A stretch of 64,000 bases of DNA from Halobacteriales archaeon QS_1_68_17 (lineage in GTDB: Archaea; Halobacteriota; Halobacteria; Halobacteriales; Haloarculaceae). The position numbers and the translations under genes were made by a program. The stretch lies in NCBI GenBank assembly GCA_003021105.1, contig PXRG01000022.1, positions 9,044 to 73,043 on the forward strand, written 5' to 3'. The notes beneath the pieces were generated by a model that was not told the DNA's origin, ran no database searches, and saw nothing but the letters and a program-made list of their open reading frames with translations. Shown here piece by piece: positions 36,579 through 45,031 of this stretch (within the stretch, counting starts at the first letter, position 1; each line of letters begins with the position of its first letter).

Positions 36579-37721
36579 ATGTCACCAATCAACAGGCGAA
36601 AGCTCCTCTCATCGACAGGTGCCGCTCTCGGCATGACGGTCATCGCCGGCTGTAGCGGCGGCGGTGACGACGGCGGCGACGGCGGCGGCGACACGATGAC
36701 CGAGGGCGACGGCGGCGGTGGCGACGGCGGCGGGGAAACGACCACCAGCGACTCCAGCCTGGAGGCCCAGGCGCGGGAGGAAGGGCAGATGACCTTCTAC
36801 TCGGTCATCGACGAGGAGGGGATGCGAAACACCATCCTGCCGCCCTTTCAGGAGCAGTACGGGTGGATGGACTTCAACCTGGTCTCCCAGGGCGTCTCGG
36901 AGATCGCCTCGACGATGTCGACGGAGTACCAGACGGGCAACGTCGAGTCCGACGCCGCCATCAACACCAAGGGGACGATGTCCCCGCTCGGCGGGGAGGG
37001 GGTGTTCCGGGAGCCGGATCCCGACGGCGAGTTGATGCAGTTCATCGAGGAGAATTACTCCGAGGACCTCTACACCCTGCCCGCGGTACCGGGCTACCTG
37101 TTCCCCATCCAGGTGATGTACCACACCGACCGGGTCAGCGACGACGAAGTGCCCGAGAGTTTCGAGGACTTCGCCAGTTCCGAACTCGAAGGGCGGATCG
37201 CGTTCGACGACCCGACGATCCTCAACACGGCCGGCGGCCAGTTCGCGACCCTCCGGGAGATCTGGGGGCCCGAAAAGTGGCGGAGCACGCTGACCGACAT
37301 CGCCAACAACGGCCCGACGCTCACCGACAGTTCCAGCGAGTCCGCGCGGCTGCTCGCCCAGGGTGGGGCCGACGTCGTGATCGGGTCGCTCAACGACACC
37401 CTCAGCCTGCAGGACGACGGCGAACCGGTCGAGGGACTGTGGCTCGACCCGGCCGTCGCGCTCAACCTCCCGATCTACTTCAGCGCCGAGAGCGAGCACC
37501 CCAAGGCGGCCGAACTGTTCGCCAAGTGGTTCCTGAGCGAGGAGGGCCAGCGCGCGCTAGCCCAGACCGGCCGGGTCCCGGTCGATTCGGACATCGCCGC
37601 CGAGGAGTTCGAGGGGACGATCCCCTCGGACGTCCAGATCAGGCCGGTCGCGTTCAACGACCAGTCCTACTACAACGACCCCGAGAAGTGGATCGACCGG
37701 TACGAGGAGATCTTCGGCTGA
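36579..37721 (+). CDS. ABC importer substrate-binding lipoprotein (Fe3+/polyamine/thiamine-type fold)
   Basis: MSPINRRKLLSSTGAALGMTVIAGCSGGGDDGGDGGGD Tat-lipobox leader with a Gly/Asp linker. Confidence 0.8.
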   Translation: MSPINRRKLLSSTGAALGMTVIAGCSGGGDDGGDGGGDTMTEGDGGGGDGGGETTTSDSSLEAQAREEGQMTFYSVIDEEGMRNTILPPFQEQYGWMDFNLVSQGVSEIASTMSTEYQTGNVESDAAINTKGTMSPLGGEGVFREPDPDGELMQFIEENYSEDLYTLPAVPGYLFPIQVMYHTDRVSDDEVPESFEDFASSELEGRIAFDDPTILNTAGGQFATLREIWGPEKWRSTLTDIANNGPTLTDSSSESARLLAQGGADVVIGSLNDTLSLQDDGEPVEGLWLDPAVALNLPIYFSAESEHPKAAELFAKWFLSEEGQRALAQTGRVPVDSDIAAEEFEGTIPSDVQIRPVAFNDQSYYNDPEKWIDRYEEIFG

Positions 37722-37839
37722 CCGGGCGCGTCGGCCGTCGCCCGATCGACTACCAATCATCGGCCGTCGACTATCGATCATCGCCGTCGATCACCGACCG
37801 GCCCTCCCGTCGCTGCCGGCGGTATCGACCCCTCCCGTC

Positions 37840-38628
37840 CTACAGCGTCGAGCGGCAGGACCCGCCCTCGACGAGCAGCGCCTCGCCGGTGACGAACCCC
37901 GCCCGCTCGGAACAGAGGAAGGCGACGACGTTGCCGAACTCCTCGGGGTCGCCCGCCCGCCCCAGCGGCACGTCGGCGGTCAGTTCCTCGATGCCCGCGT
38001 CGTAGGAGTCGTACGCGCCGCGCTCGACCCCCTCCTCGACGTGCTTCCGGATGCCCGGCGTCTCGTGTGGACCGGGCAGGACGACGTTCGCGCGCACGTC
38101 GGGCGCGAGTTCCCGCGAGAGGGTCTTGGTCAACCCGGCCACGCAGGGCCGGACGGCGCTCGACAGCACCAGCGACTCGTGGGGTTCCTTCACGCTCCGG
38201 GAGGCCAGCGTCGTGATCGTGCCGCCGCCGTCTTCGAGGTGGGGGATCGCCGCCCGGACGAGTCGGACGACGCTCATCACCAGGCTGTCGAAGGCCGCCT
38301 GCCACTCCGCGTCGGTGAGCGCGGCGAACGACCCCGACGGGACGCCGCCGCTGTTCGTCACCAGGTGATCGACGCCGCCGAACCGCTCGACCGCGGCCTC
38401 GACGGGGTCGGTGACCGCGTCGGGATCGGTCAGGTCGGCCGCCGCGGCCGCGACGGCCCCGCTCCCGACCGATTCGAGGTCGTCGCGGGCCTCCCGGAGG
38501 CGCGTTCCGTCCCGGCCGTTTATCACCACGTTCGCTCCCTCGGCCGCGAACGCCCGCGCGACCCCGTAGCCGAGGCCGCTCGTCGATGCCGTCACGACGG
38601 CCGTATCGCCGTCCAGGTCGAGGTCCAT
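37840..38628 (-). CDS. SDR-family oxidoreductase
   Basis: TASTSGLGYGVA (TGxxxGxG) cofactor motif. ATG 38628 lies inside ORF 37840..38694. Confidence 0.85.
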   Translation of the reverse strand: MDLDLDGDTAVVTASTSGLGYGVARAFAAEGANVVINGRDGTRLREARDDLESVGSGAVAAAAADLTDPDAVTDPVEAAVERFGGVDHLVTNSGGVPSGSFAALTDAEWQAAFDSLVMSVVRLVRAAIPHLEDGGGTITTLASRSVKEPHESLVLSSAVRPCVAGLTKTLSRELAPDVRANVVLPGPHETPGIRKHVEEGVERGAYDSYDAGIEELTADVPLGRAGDPEEFGNVVAFLCSERAGFVTGEALLVEGGSCRSTL

Positions 38629-38818
38629 GACAGTCTCCTCCGCGCCCGGGATGAAGATTCTTTGGCAGCGTGGCGCGACCGAAGGGAGCGCCACGAGCAG
38701 AGCGAGCGGCGACGGCGGAGCCGCGAGCAGCGTGCCCCGAGCGGAGCGAGGGGCACGAACGAGCGAGCGTCACGAGGGCGACCGGAACGAGGTGTAGGAA
38801 CAGCCGAACGATCCGGCG

Positions 38819-39973
38819 TCACCGGTCGTCGAGCCAGGCCTCCAGGCGGTCGAAGGCCTCGTCGATCCGGTCGATGGAGTTCGAGTAGGCGATCCGGACC
38901 CGGCCCTCGCCGACCGCGCCGAAGACGGAGCCGGGGACGAGCGCGACGCCGGTGTCTTCGAGCAGCGACCTGACGAACGGCCAGCCGTCGTCGACGCCCG
39001 CGGGGAGCGTCGGGAAGGCGTAGAGCGCGCCGCCGGGCGTCGGGGCGTCCATGCCGGGGACGTCCGCCAGCCGTTCGAGGACGCGCTCGCGGCGGGCGGC
39101 GAAGGCCTCGACCATCGGCTCGTGGAGGTCGCTCCCGACCGCCCGGACGGCGGCGTGCTGGGAGAGCGTCGGCGCACACAGCGTCGTGTACTGGCGGATC
39201 CGGAGGAGGCTATCGATCAGGTGGGCGGGCGCGCCGAGATAGCCCAGCCGCCAGCCGGTCATCGAGTAGGCCTTCGAGCAGCCGTTGGCGGTGATCGTCC
39301 GGTCGTACATCCCGTCGAGGGCGGCCAGCGAGTGGTGGGTGCCCTCGTAGATGATCTTCTCGTAGATCTCGTCGGAGAGCACGAGCAGGTCGTGTTCGAC
39401 CGCGAAGTCCCGGATCGCGGCGGCCGTCTCCGCGTCGAGGACGCCCCCGGTGGGGTTGTTGGGGCTGTTGACGATCAACAGCGTCGTCCGGTCGGAGACC
39501 CCGGCGGCCAGCGAGTCGAGGTCGGGCTGGAACCCGGTCGCCGGATCGAGGTCGTAGGCGACCGGCTCCGCGCCGGCGATCCGGACGCTGGCGTGGTATG
39601 TCCAGGCCGGGTCGGGGACCAGCACCTCGTCGCCGGGGCCGGCAAACGCGAGCACCGCCGCGAAGACCGCCTCGGTCACGCCGGCCGTGACGACGACCTC
39701 CCCGTCCGGGTCGTAGTCGAGGCCGTTGTCGGCCCGGAACTTCGCGGCGACGGCCTCGCGGAGCGGCGCGATCCCGTAGTTCGACGTGTAGTGGACAGCG
39801 CCGTCGTCCAGCGCCTCGACGGCGGCCTGCTTGATCGGTTCCGGCGTATCGAAGTCCGGCCGGCCGATCTCCAGGTGGATCACGTCCTCGCCGGCGGCCT
39901 CCAGCCGGTCGCACATCTCGAACACCTCGCGGATGCCGGAGAACGGCACCTGCTCCATCCGCTGTGCGGGCAT
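38819..39973 (-). CDS. Class-I/II pyridoxal-phosphate aminotransferase (aspartate-aminotransferase-like)
   Basis: NSPNNPTGGV and CSKAYSMTGWRLGY (PLP lysine) motifs. ATG 39973 lies inside ORF 38819..40018. Confidence 0.85.
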   Translation of the reverse strand: MPAQRMEQVPFSGIREVFEMCDRLEAAGEDVIHLEIGRPDFDTPEPIKQAAVEALDDGAVHYTSNYGIAPLREAVAAKFRADNGLDYDPDGEVVVTAGVTEAVFAAVLAFAGPGDEVLVPDPAWTYHASVRIAGAEPVAYDLDPATGFQPDLDSLAAGVSDRTTLLIVNSPNNPTGGVLDAETAAAIRDFAVEHDLLVLSDEIYEKIIYEGTHHSLAALDGMYDRTITANGCSKAYSMTGWRLGYLGAPAHLIDSLLRIRQYTTLCAPTLSQHAAVRAVGSDLHEPMVEAFAARRERVLERLADVPGMDAPTPGGALYAFPTLPAGVDDGWPFVRSLLEDTGVALVPGSVFGAVGEGRVRIAYSNSIDRIDEAFDRLEAWLDDR

Positions 39974-40073
39974 TGTCGCCACGGTGGCTCCGGCGCGGCA
40001 TAATACTGCCGGACGCACACCCGGACGGACCGAGACGGTGTCGTTATTACCGCCCCCCTCGACGCCGACGGTA

Positions 40074-41318
40074 ATGACGGACGGACCGGGCGTCCCCCGG
40101 AGCAGTTACGGCGTCGTCGTCCTCGGCGGCCTGGGGTACACCTGCATGATGTTCTCGTGGTTCTCCCACGCCGCGTTCCTGACGCCCATCGTCGAGACGC
40201 TGGACCTGACGGGGACCCAGTCGGGACTGCTCGTGGGCGCGATCCCGCTGGTGTACGTGCCGTTCTCGATCGTGACCGGCGTCGTCACCGACCGCGTCGG
40301 GGCCCGGCGGGCGCTGTTCGGGGCGCTCGCTCTCATCGGGGTCGCGCAGGTCGGCCGGGGGCTCGCCGGCGGGTACCCGGCGCTGCTCGGCGCGACGGTC
40401 CTCCTGGGGATCGGCGCGACCGGCATCACGCTCGGCCTGCCGAAACTGGTGGCCGACCTGTTTCCCTCGCGGCTGCTGGGGACGATGTCGACGGTCTACG
40501 TCCTGGGGTCGTACGCCGGCACCGCGCTGGTGTTCACCGCCAAGCCGGCGCTCGGGGCGGCTGCGGGGGGCTGGCGGCCGGTCTTCGTCTGGACGGGGGT
40601 CGCGGTCCTGGCCTTCGCGGGCCTCTGGCTGGCGGTCGTGACCGTCCACGCCCGCCGGTACCCCGCCCGCTACGGCGGGGACACGGGACAGACGTTCACC
40701 CCGGGGTCGATCCGTCACGACCTCGGGCTGGTGTTCCGCCACCGCGGGATGCGCCTGCTGGTCGTGATCGGGGCGGCCTACCTGCTGGTGTTGCACGGCC
40801 TCCAGGGGTGGCTGCCCCGGATGCTCGAACTCCGGGGGCTGTCCGCTGACGCCGCGGGGTGGTCGGCCACGTCGTTCGTCGCCGGGCAGGCCGTCGGCAC
40901 GATCGTCGTTCCCCCGGCCTCGGATCGGCTCGGCCGGCGGCGAGCGGCGGTCGCCGTCTGCGGGGCGACGGCCGTCGGCGGGATCGCACTCCTGGCGCTG
41001 GTCGGGACCGTCCCGCCGACGGTCCTGGCGGGCGTCGCCGTCGGGATCGGGATCGGCGGCGTCGCGCCGCTGCTCCGCGCGCTCCCGACGGAGTTCGAGG
41101 AGATCGGGCCCGGCCTGACCGCGACGGCCGTCAGCCTCGTGTTCGCCGTCGGCGAGTTCGGTGGCTTCGCCGGCCCGTTCCTCGTCGGGAGCCTCCGGGA
41201 CCTCACGGGATCGTTCGTCGCCGGGCTCGCGGTGCTGGCGCTCGGGGGCGTCGCCATCTTCGCGGCGGCGCTGGCGCTGCCGGAAACGCGTGCTCCCGTC
41301 GCTGATCGCGCGACATAG
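40074..41318 (+). CDS. MFS transporter
   Basis: From MTDGPGVPRSSYGVVVLGGLGY, with motif GVVTDRVGARR. Internal ATG of ORF 39831..41318. Confidence 0.8.
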   Translation: MTDGPGVPRSSYGVVVLGGLGYTCMMFSWFSHAAFLTPIVETLDLTGTQSGLLVGAIPLVYVPFSIVTGVVTDRVGARRALFGALALIGVAQVGRGLAGGYPALLGATVLLGIGATGITLGLPKLVADLFPSRLLGTMSTVYVLGSYAGTALVFTAKPALGAAAGGWRPVFVWTGVAVLAFAGLWLAVVTVHARRYPARYGGDTGQTFTPGSIRHDLGLVFRHRGMRLLVVIGAAYLLVLHGLQGWLPRMLELRGLSADAAGWSATSFVAGQAVGTIVVPPASDRLGRRRAAVAVCGATAVGGIALLALVGTVPPTVLAGVAVGIGIGGVAPLLRALPTEFEEIGPGLTATAVSLVFAVGEFGGFAGPFLVGSLRDLTGSFVAGLAVLALGGVAIFAAALALPETRAPVADRAT

Positions 41319-41351
41319 GCTCCGGCTACGGGGTGCAGGTCGACGGGGTAC

Positions 41352-41741
41352 CTACTCGACGGCCTCGCGGACCAGCCGCTCGAACTCGTCGGCGCTGATC
41401 GAGTAGACCGACCGGCCCTCCTCCGTCCGGACCCGGTCGACGCCGGTCACGGGCTCGTCGTCGACGACGACCGTCCACCCCTCCTCTTGCTCGTCGGGCC
41501 CGATCCGCTTTTGGAGACGGATCTCGACGTCCAGTTCCGATTCGAGTTCCCGCACCCGGCCGGGGAGCACCGTCCCGTCGGCGAACGCCGGCGGACGGTA
41601 GGGGCGCATCCGGTGGGCCCGGAACCGCTCGACGTTCTCCCGCCACCAGTCGGGCAGCGTCTCGACGTCGACGTCCGCGTAGGGGTCTTCCTCGTCGTGG
41701 CCGGGCGGGAGATCGCCCGACCGCGGGACGCCGTCCGTCAT
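41352..41741 (-). CDS. Hypothetical protein
   Basis: 129 aa from MTDGVPRSGDLPPGHDEEDPY. Its ATG overlaps the Rieske gene stop (ATGA). Confidence 0.6.
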   Translation of the reverse strand: MTDGVPRSGDLPPGHDEEDPYADVDVETLPDWWRENVERFRAHRMRPYRPPAFADGTVLPGRVRELESELDVEIRLQKRIGPDEQEEGWTVVVDDEPVTGVDRVRTEEGRSVYSISADEFERLVREAVE

Positions 41742-42094
41742 CCCCGGATCACGTAGACCTCGTCGTCCTCGACCTCCGTCTCGAAGGTCGGGACGGTGTA
41801 GGTGCTGTCCCGGACGTTCTCGCCGGTCTGGATGTCGAACTTCCAGTTGTGCCACGGGCAGGTAACCACGCGGGGTTCGTCGTCGTAGTCCCAGGTGAAA
41901 TCCGGCGGGTCCGCGACCAGCTTGCCCGACAGCGGCCCCTCGCACAGCGGCCCGGACTGGTGGACACAGTAGTTCAGGACGGCGTGGTAGTCGCCGTCCG
42001 TGTGGAACACGGCGATCTCTGCACCCTGGACCTCGACGATGATCCGCTCGTTCTCGTCCAGGTCCTCGGTCGACGCGACTCTGTGCCTGGCCAT
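41738..42094 (-). CDS. Rieske [2Fe-2S] domain protein
   Basis: 118 aa with CVH...CPWH cluster ligands (YCVHQSG, TCPWHNWKF). Confidence 0.85.
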   Translation of the reverse strand: MARHRVASTEDLDENERIIVEVQGAEIAVFHTDGDYHAVLNYCVHQSGPLCEGPLSGKLVADPPDFTWDYDDEPRVVTCPWHNWKFDIQTGENVRDSTYTVPTFETEVEDDEVYVIRG

Positions 42095-42096
42095 CG

Positions 42097-43236
42097 CTAC
42101 AGGTCGAAGACCTCCATGGCCGTCTCGCCCATCATCCCGCGGATCTGGTCGTCGGGCAGGCTCCCGCGGATCGGGTTGAACAGTTCCTCGGGCGTGTCGA
42201 AGTCGGTGTGGGGGATGTCGGCCGCATACATCAGGTTCTGCGGGCCGGCCATCTTCGCCAGTTCGGCGACGTGTTCCATCTCGCGGTCGGTGTGGCCGAC
42301 CGGCTGGGTGGTGAAGTAGAACTGGTCGTCGATGTACTTGCTGGGGAGCTTGTCCAGCATCGGCATCTCCGACCCGAGCCCGAGGTGGTACCGGTCGAGG
42401 CGCATCTTCCAGTAGGGGATCCAGCCGATCCCGGACTCCTGGATGACGAAGGTCAGGTCGGGGTATTTCACCGGGATGCCCTCGTAAACCAGCTTCAGGA
42501 CGTTCCACATTTGCGAGAACGGATGCGAGAGTACCTTGTCCTGGGCGAACAGTTCGTGCCAGCGGTGCTGGAGCGGGAAGCCGTGCCCGATGGCGGGAAA
42601 CGAGCTGTGGTACTTGACCGGCAGGCCCGCCTCCTCGGCGGCCTCGTAGACCGGGGCCCACCAGTCGTGGCTGACCGGGATCTTGTGGCCCGTCGCGCCG
42701 AGCTGGACGGCGACGATGCCGTCCTTGTCGGCGTACTTTCTGATCTCGCGAGCGCCCATCTCGGGGTCCTGGCCCGGGACGACGATGGCCCCGTACAGCC
42801 GGTCGCTCCCGGCGACGAACTCCTCGTAGAGCCAGGCGTTGTACCCCTGGGTCAGCGCCGCGGCCGCCTGCCGGTTGTTCACCGTCGGCAGCGCCACCAT
42901 CAGCGTCGGGTTGAGGATGCCGTAGTCGATGTCGAACTCGTCTAACCGGAGGAGTTTCGTCTCCAGTTTGTCCTCGCCTTCCTGCATCACGCCGTCCGCG
43001 CCGCCGTAGTTCGAGGCCATCGCGGTGTTCGAGAACGGCGGTAGCGCCGTCGTCACCGAGAACACCTCCCGCCACGGGTCGCCCGACTGCTCGATGATCC
43101 GCTTGATGCCGTTGTACCGGTCCTCGTCGATGTACGGCAGGAAATCCTCGACCGCCTCGCTGACGTGCTCGTCGGCACTCACGATGACGTCTAAGTCGCT
43201 AACCTGCTTCAGGGAGTGCTCGCCTGACAGGGACAT
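42097..43236 (-). CDS. Amidohydrolase-2-family metal-dependent hydrolase/decarboxylase (ACMSD/LigW-like)
   Basis: About 380 aa. SADEHV N-terminal metal motif and family-like length. ATG 43236 preferred over GTG 43263. Confidence 0.75.
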   Translation of the reverse strand: MSLSGEHSLKQVSDLDVIVSADEHVSEAVEDFLPYIDEDRYNGIKRIIEQSGDPWREVFSVTTALPPFSNTAMASNYGGADGVMQEGEDKLETKLLRLDEFDIDYGILNPTLMVALPTVNNRQAAAALTQGYNAWLYEEFVAGSDRLYGAIVVPGQDPEMGAREIRKYADKDGIVAVQLGATGHKIPVSHDWWAPVYEAAEEAGLPVKYHSSFPAIGHGFPLQHRWHELFAQDKVLSHPFSQMWNVLKLVYEGIPVKYPDLTFVIQESGIGWIPYWKMRLDRYHLGLGSEMPMLDKLPSKYIDDQFYFTTQPVGHTDREMEHVAELAKMAGPQNLMYAADIPHTDFDTPEELFNPIRGSLPDDQIRGMMGETAMEVFDL

Positions 43237-43389
43237 ATGTGCGTGAGATGTGTTCACGCTCACTTATACCCTCTGGGGATTAGCATTTCGTTGACAGTTC
43301 CCCTCCGGCCGGCACCGGGGCGTCGCTGGGGGAGCGTTGCCGGGAGCCGCCGGCTCGATGACAGAGGCATTTTCATGACACCTTCCTCA

Positions 43390-43497
43390 TACTGGTGGCT
43401 GTCATTCTTTTACTCACCAGTCTCTGCTATCTGCGGAGACAGACTCTTTCCGCCTGGATTCTCAATTCGAGTTCTCACGTACTTACAGCCACCAGTA
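43390..43497 (+). mobile_element. MITE-like element family 2, copy 2 (108 bp)
   Basis: Differs from copy 1 at 2 positions. Flanked by TCA 43387..43389 and TCA 43498..43500. Confidence 0.85.
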
Positions 43498-43773
43498 TCA
43501 CTTCTGTCGCAGTCGCGGGGTGTGCGGCGAGAACACAGTCTCTCGATAGTCCTGACCTCGACGGAAGACCGTCCGTGAAGCCGTGATCGTGGAATTACAT
43601 TTCCTTCGGGGGTACCGGGCGGCAGCGTCGAAACTATAGCGAACCGGAATTATAAGCGAGCGTTTCGAACGGGCGAAATGTGTTTTAGATTATATTCCCC
43701 GGCGGGAACGTTCCGCCACGGATGAAATGACGACATTCGAATAGGTAGATCCGGGAACGATATTCGGGAGTCG

Positions 43774-43932
43774 TTACAGGGAGCCGCCCGCGATGGCCGT
43801 CATGCGCAGGTGGTCGTCGTCGGCCTGCTCGACCCACCCGCGGCGCGGCCCCGAGGGCCGTCCCCGTCGTTTCTCCGCCGTCCAGCGGGCGAGGTCCTGT
43901 GCGAACAGCCTGGCGTTCGATCTTTTACTCAT
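43774..43932 (-). CDS. Orphan small basic protein (52 aa)
   Basis: MSKRSNARLFAQDLARWTAEKRRGRPSGPRRGWVEQADDDHLRMTAIAGGSL. Third-codon positions are mostly G/C, and it sits in an otherwise AT-rich spacer. Confidence 0.45.
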   Translation of the reverse strand: MSKRSNARLFAQDLARWTAEKRRGRPSGPRRGWVEQADDDHLRMTAIAGGSL

Positions 43933-44082
43933 ATGCGAATAAATATTTGAGCCGCCCGGGTAAAGCTCTTGCGGTCGGAACGGCGGGACGCGGACACGTA
44001 CCGGGGACGGTACCGCCCGAGTTCGTGCCGGGGGCGATCGCGTCCGAACTTTTATGGAGTCCCGAGATTCCAAAATCAGCGT

Positions 44083-44512
44083 ATGAAACGACGCAAACTA
44101 CTCTCTGGGATCGCCTCGGCCGGGTGCGCCGGCACCGAGTCGACGGACGGCGGGACGCCGACACCCGCGCCCACCGACACGACGACGCCCATACCGACGC
44201 CCACGCCAGAACCAGTGGCGCTGATTGACGTCGGTCCGGTAGCCACGTGGGAGGAGTACGGGGACCTAGAGGAACAGGCGACCACTGCGTTCGGCCGCGG
44301 TGCCCCGGCTATCTTCACCCTCCGGATGCGGACCGCGCTCGGTGACGACGGCCGTGGTGCCGCCGAGGGGACGGCGGTCGTCTACGACAGCGCCGGCTCG
44401 CAGTACGCCAAACGGGAGTTTTCCGGGGAGACCCCCCCCGACGACGTGGTCGGGACGGTCAGGTGGGAGACCGCGTTCCAAGGTGACGTTCCAGGTCGAG
44501 GTGGTCGAGTGA
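44083..44512 (+). pseudogene. Small lipoprotein gene needing a 1-nt frameshift near its 3-prime end
   Basis: MKRRKLLSGIASAGC lipobox. Coding-like GC3 stays in the ORF 43969 frame to about 44478, then moves to the ORF 44300 frame (KVTFQVEVVE, stop 44510..44512). The uncorrected frame runs antisense through folA and thyA. Confidence 0.55.
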
Positions 44513-44541
44513 CGTCGGGCGCTGGTCCCGCCGGTGGCCAC

Positions 44542-45030
44542 CTACCGTTCGTACCTGACGACGGTCAGTTCCTCGGAGATGGACCGTTCCTCGACGACCG
44601 TCCACTCCACGTCGTCGAACTCGGGGAAGTGCGTGTCGCCCTCGACGCGTCCCGGGACGCGCGTGACCAGCATCGCGTCCGCCCGTGGGAGGAACGCCTC
44701 GTAGACGGCCGCCCCGCCGATCACGTACGCGCGGTCCGCGCCGGTCTCCGCGGCCGCCGCGACGGCCGCCTCGGGGTCGCGGACGACGACGACGACGTCC
44801 CCGGGCTGGTCGGCGTCGAGGGTCGTCGAGAGGACGACGTTCGTCCGGTCGGGGAGCGGCCCGCCCTGGAAGTCGAGGATGCTCCGGTAGGTGTGCCGGC
44901 CCATGATCACCGGGTGGCCGACGGTCGTCTCCTTGAAGTGCTCGAGGTCGGCCGGGTAGTGCCACGGCATTTCCCCGTCGACGCCGATGACGCCGTTTGC
45001 CGCGACCGCGGCGATCAAACAGAGTTCCAT
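44542..45030 (-). CDS. folA: Dihydrofolate reductase
   Basis: MELCLIAAVAANGVIGVDGEMPWHYPADLEHFKETTVGHPVIMGRHTYRSI is a textbook DHFR N-terminus. Confidence 0.9.
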   Translation of the reverse strand: MELCLIAAVAANGVIGVDGEMPWHYPADLEHFKETTVGHPVIMGRHTYRSILDFQGGPLPDRTNVVLSTTLDADQPGDVVVVVRDPEAAVAAAAETGADRAYVIGGAAVYEAFLPRADAMLVTRVPGRVEGDTHFPEFDDVEWTVVEERSISEELTVVRYER

Positions 45031-45031
45031 G

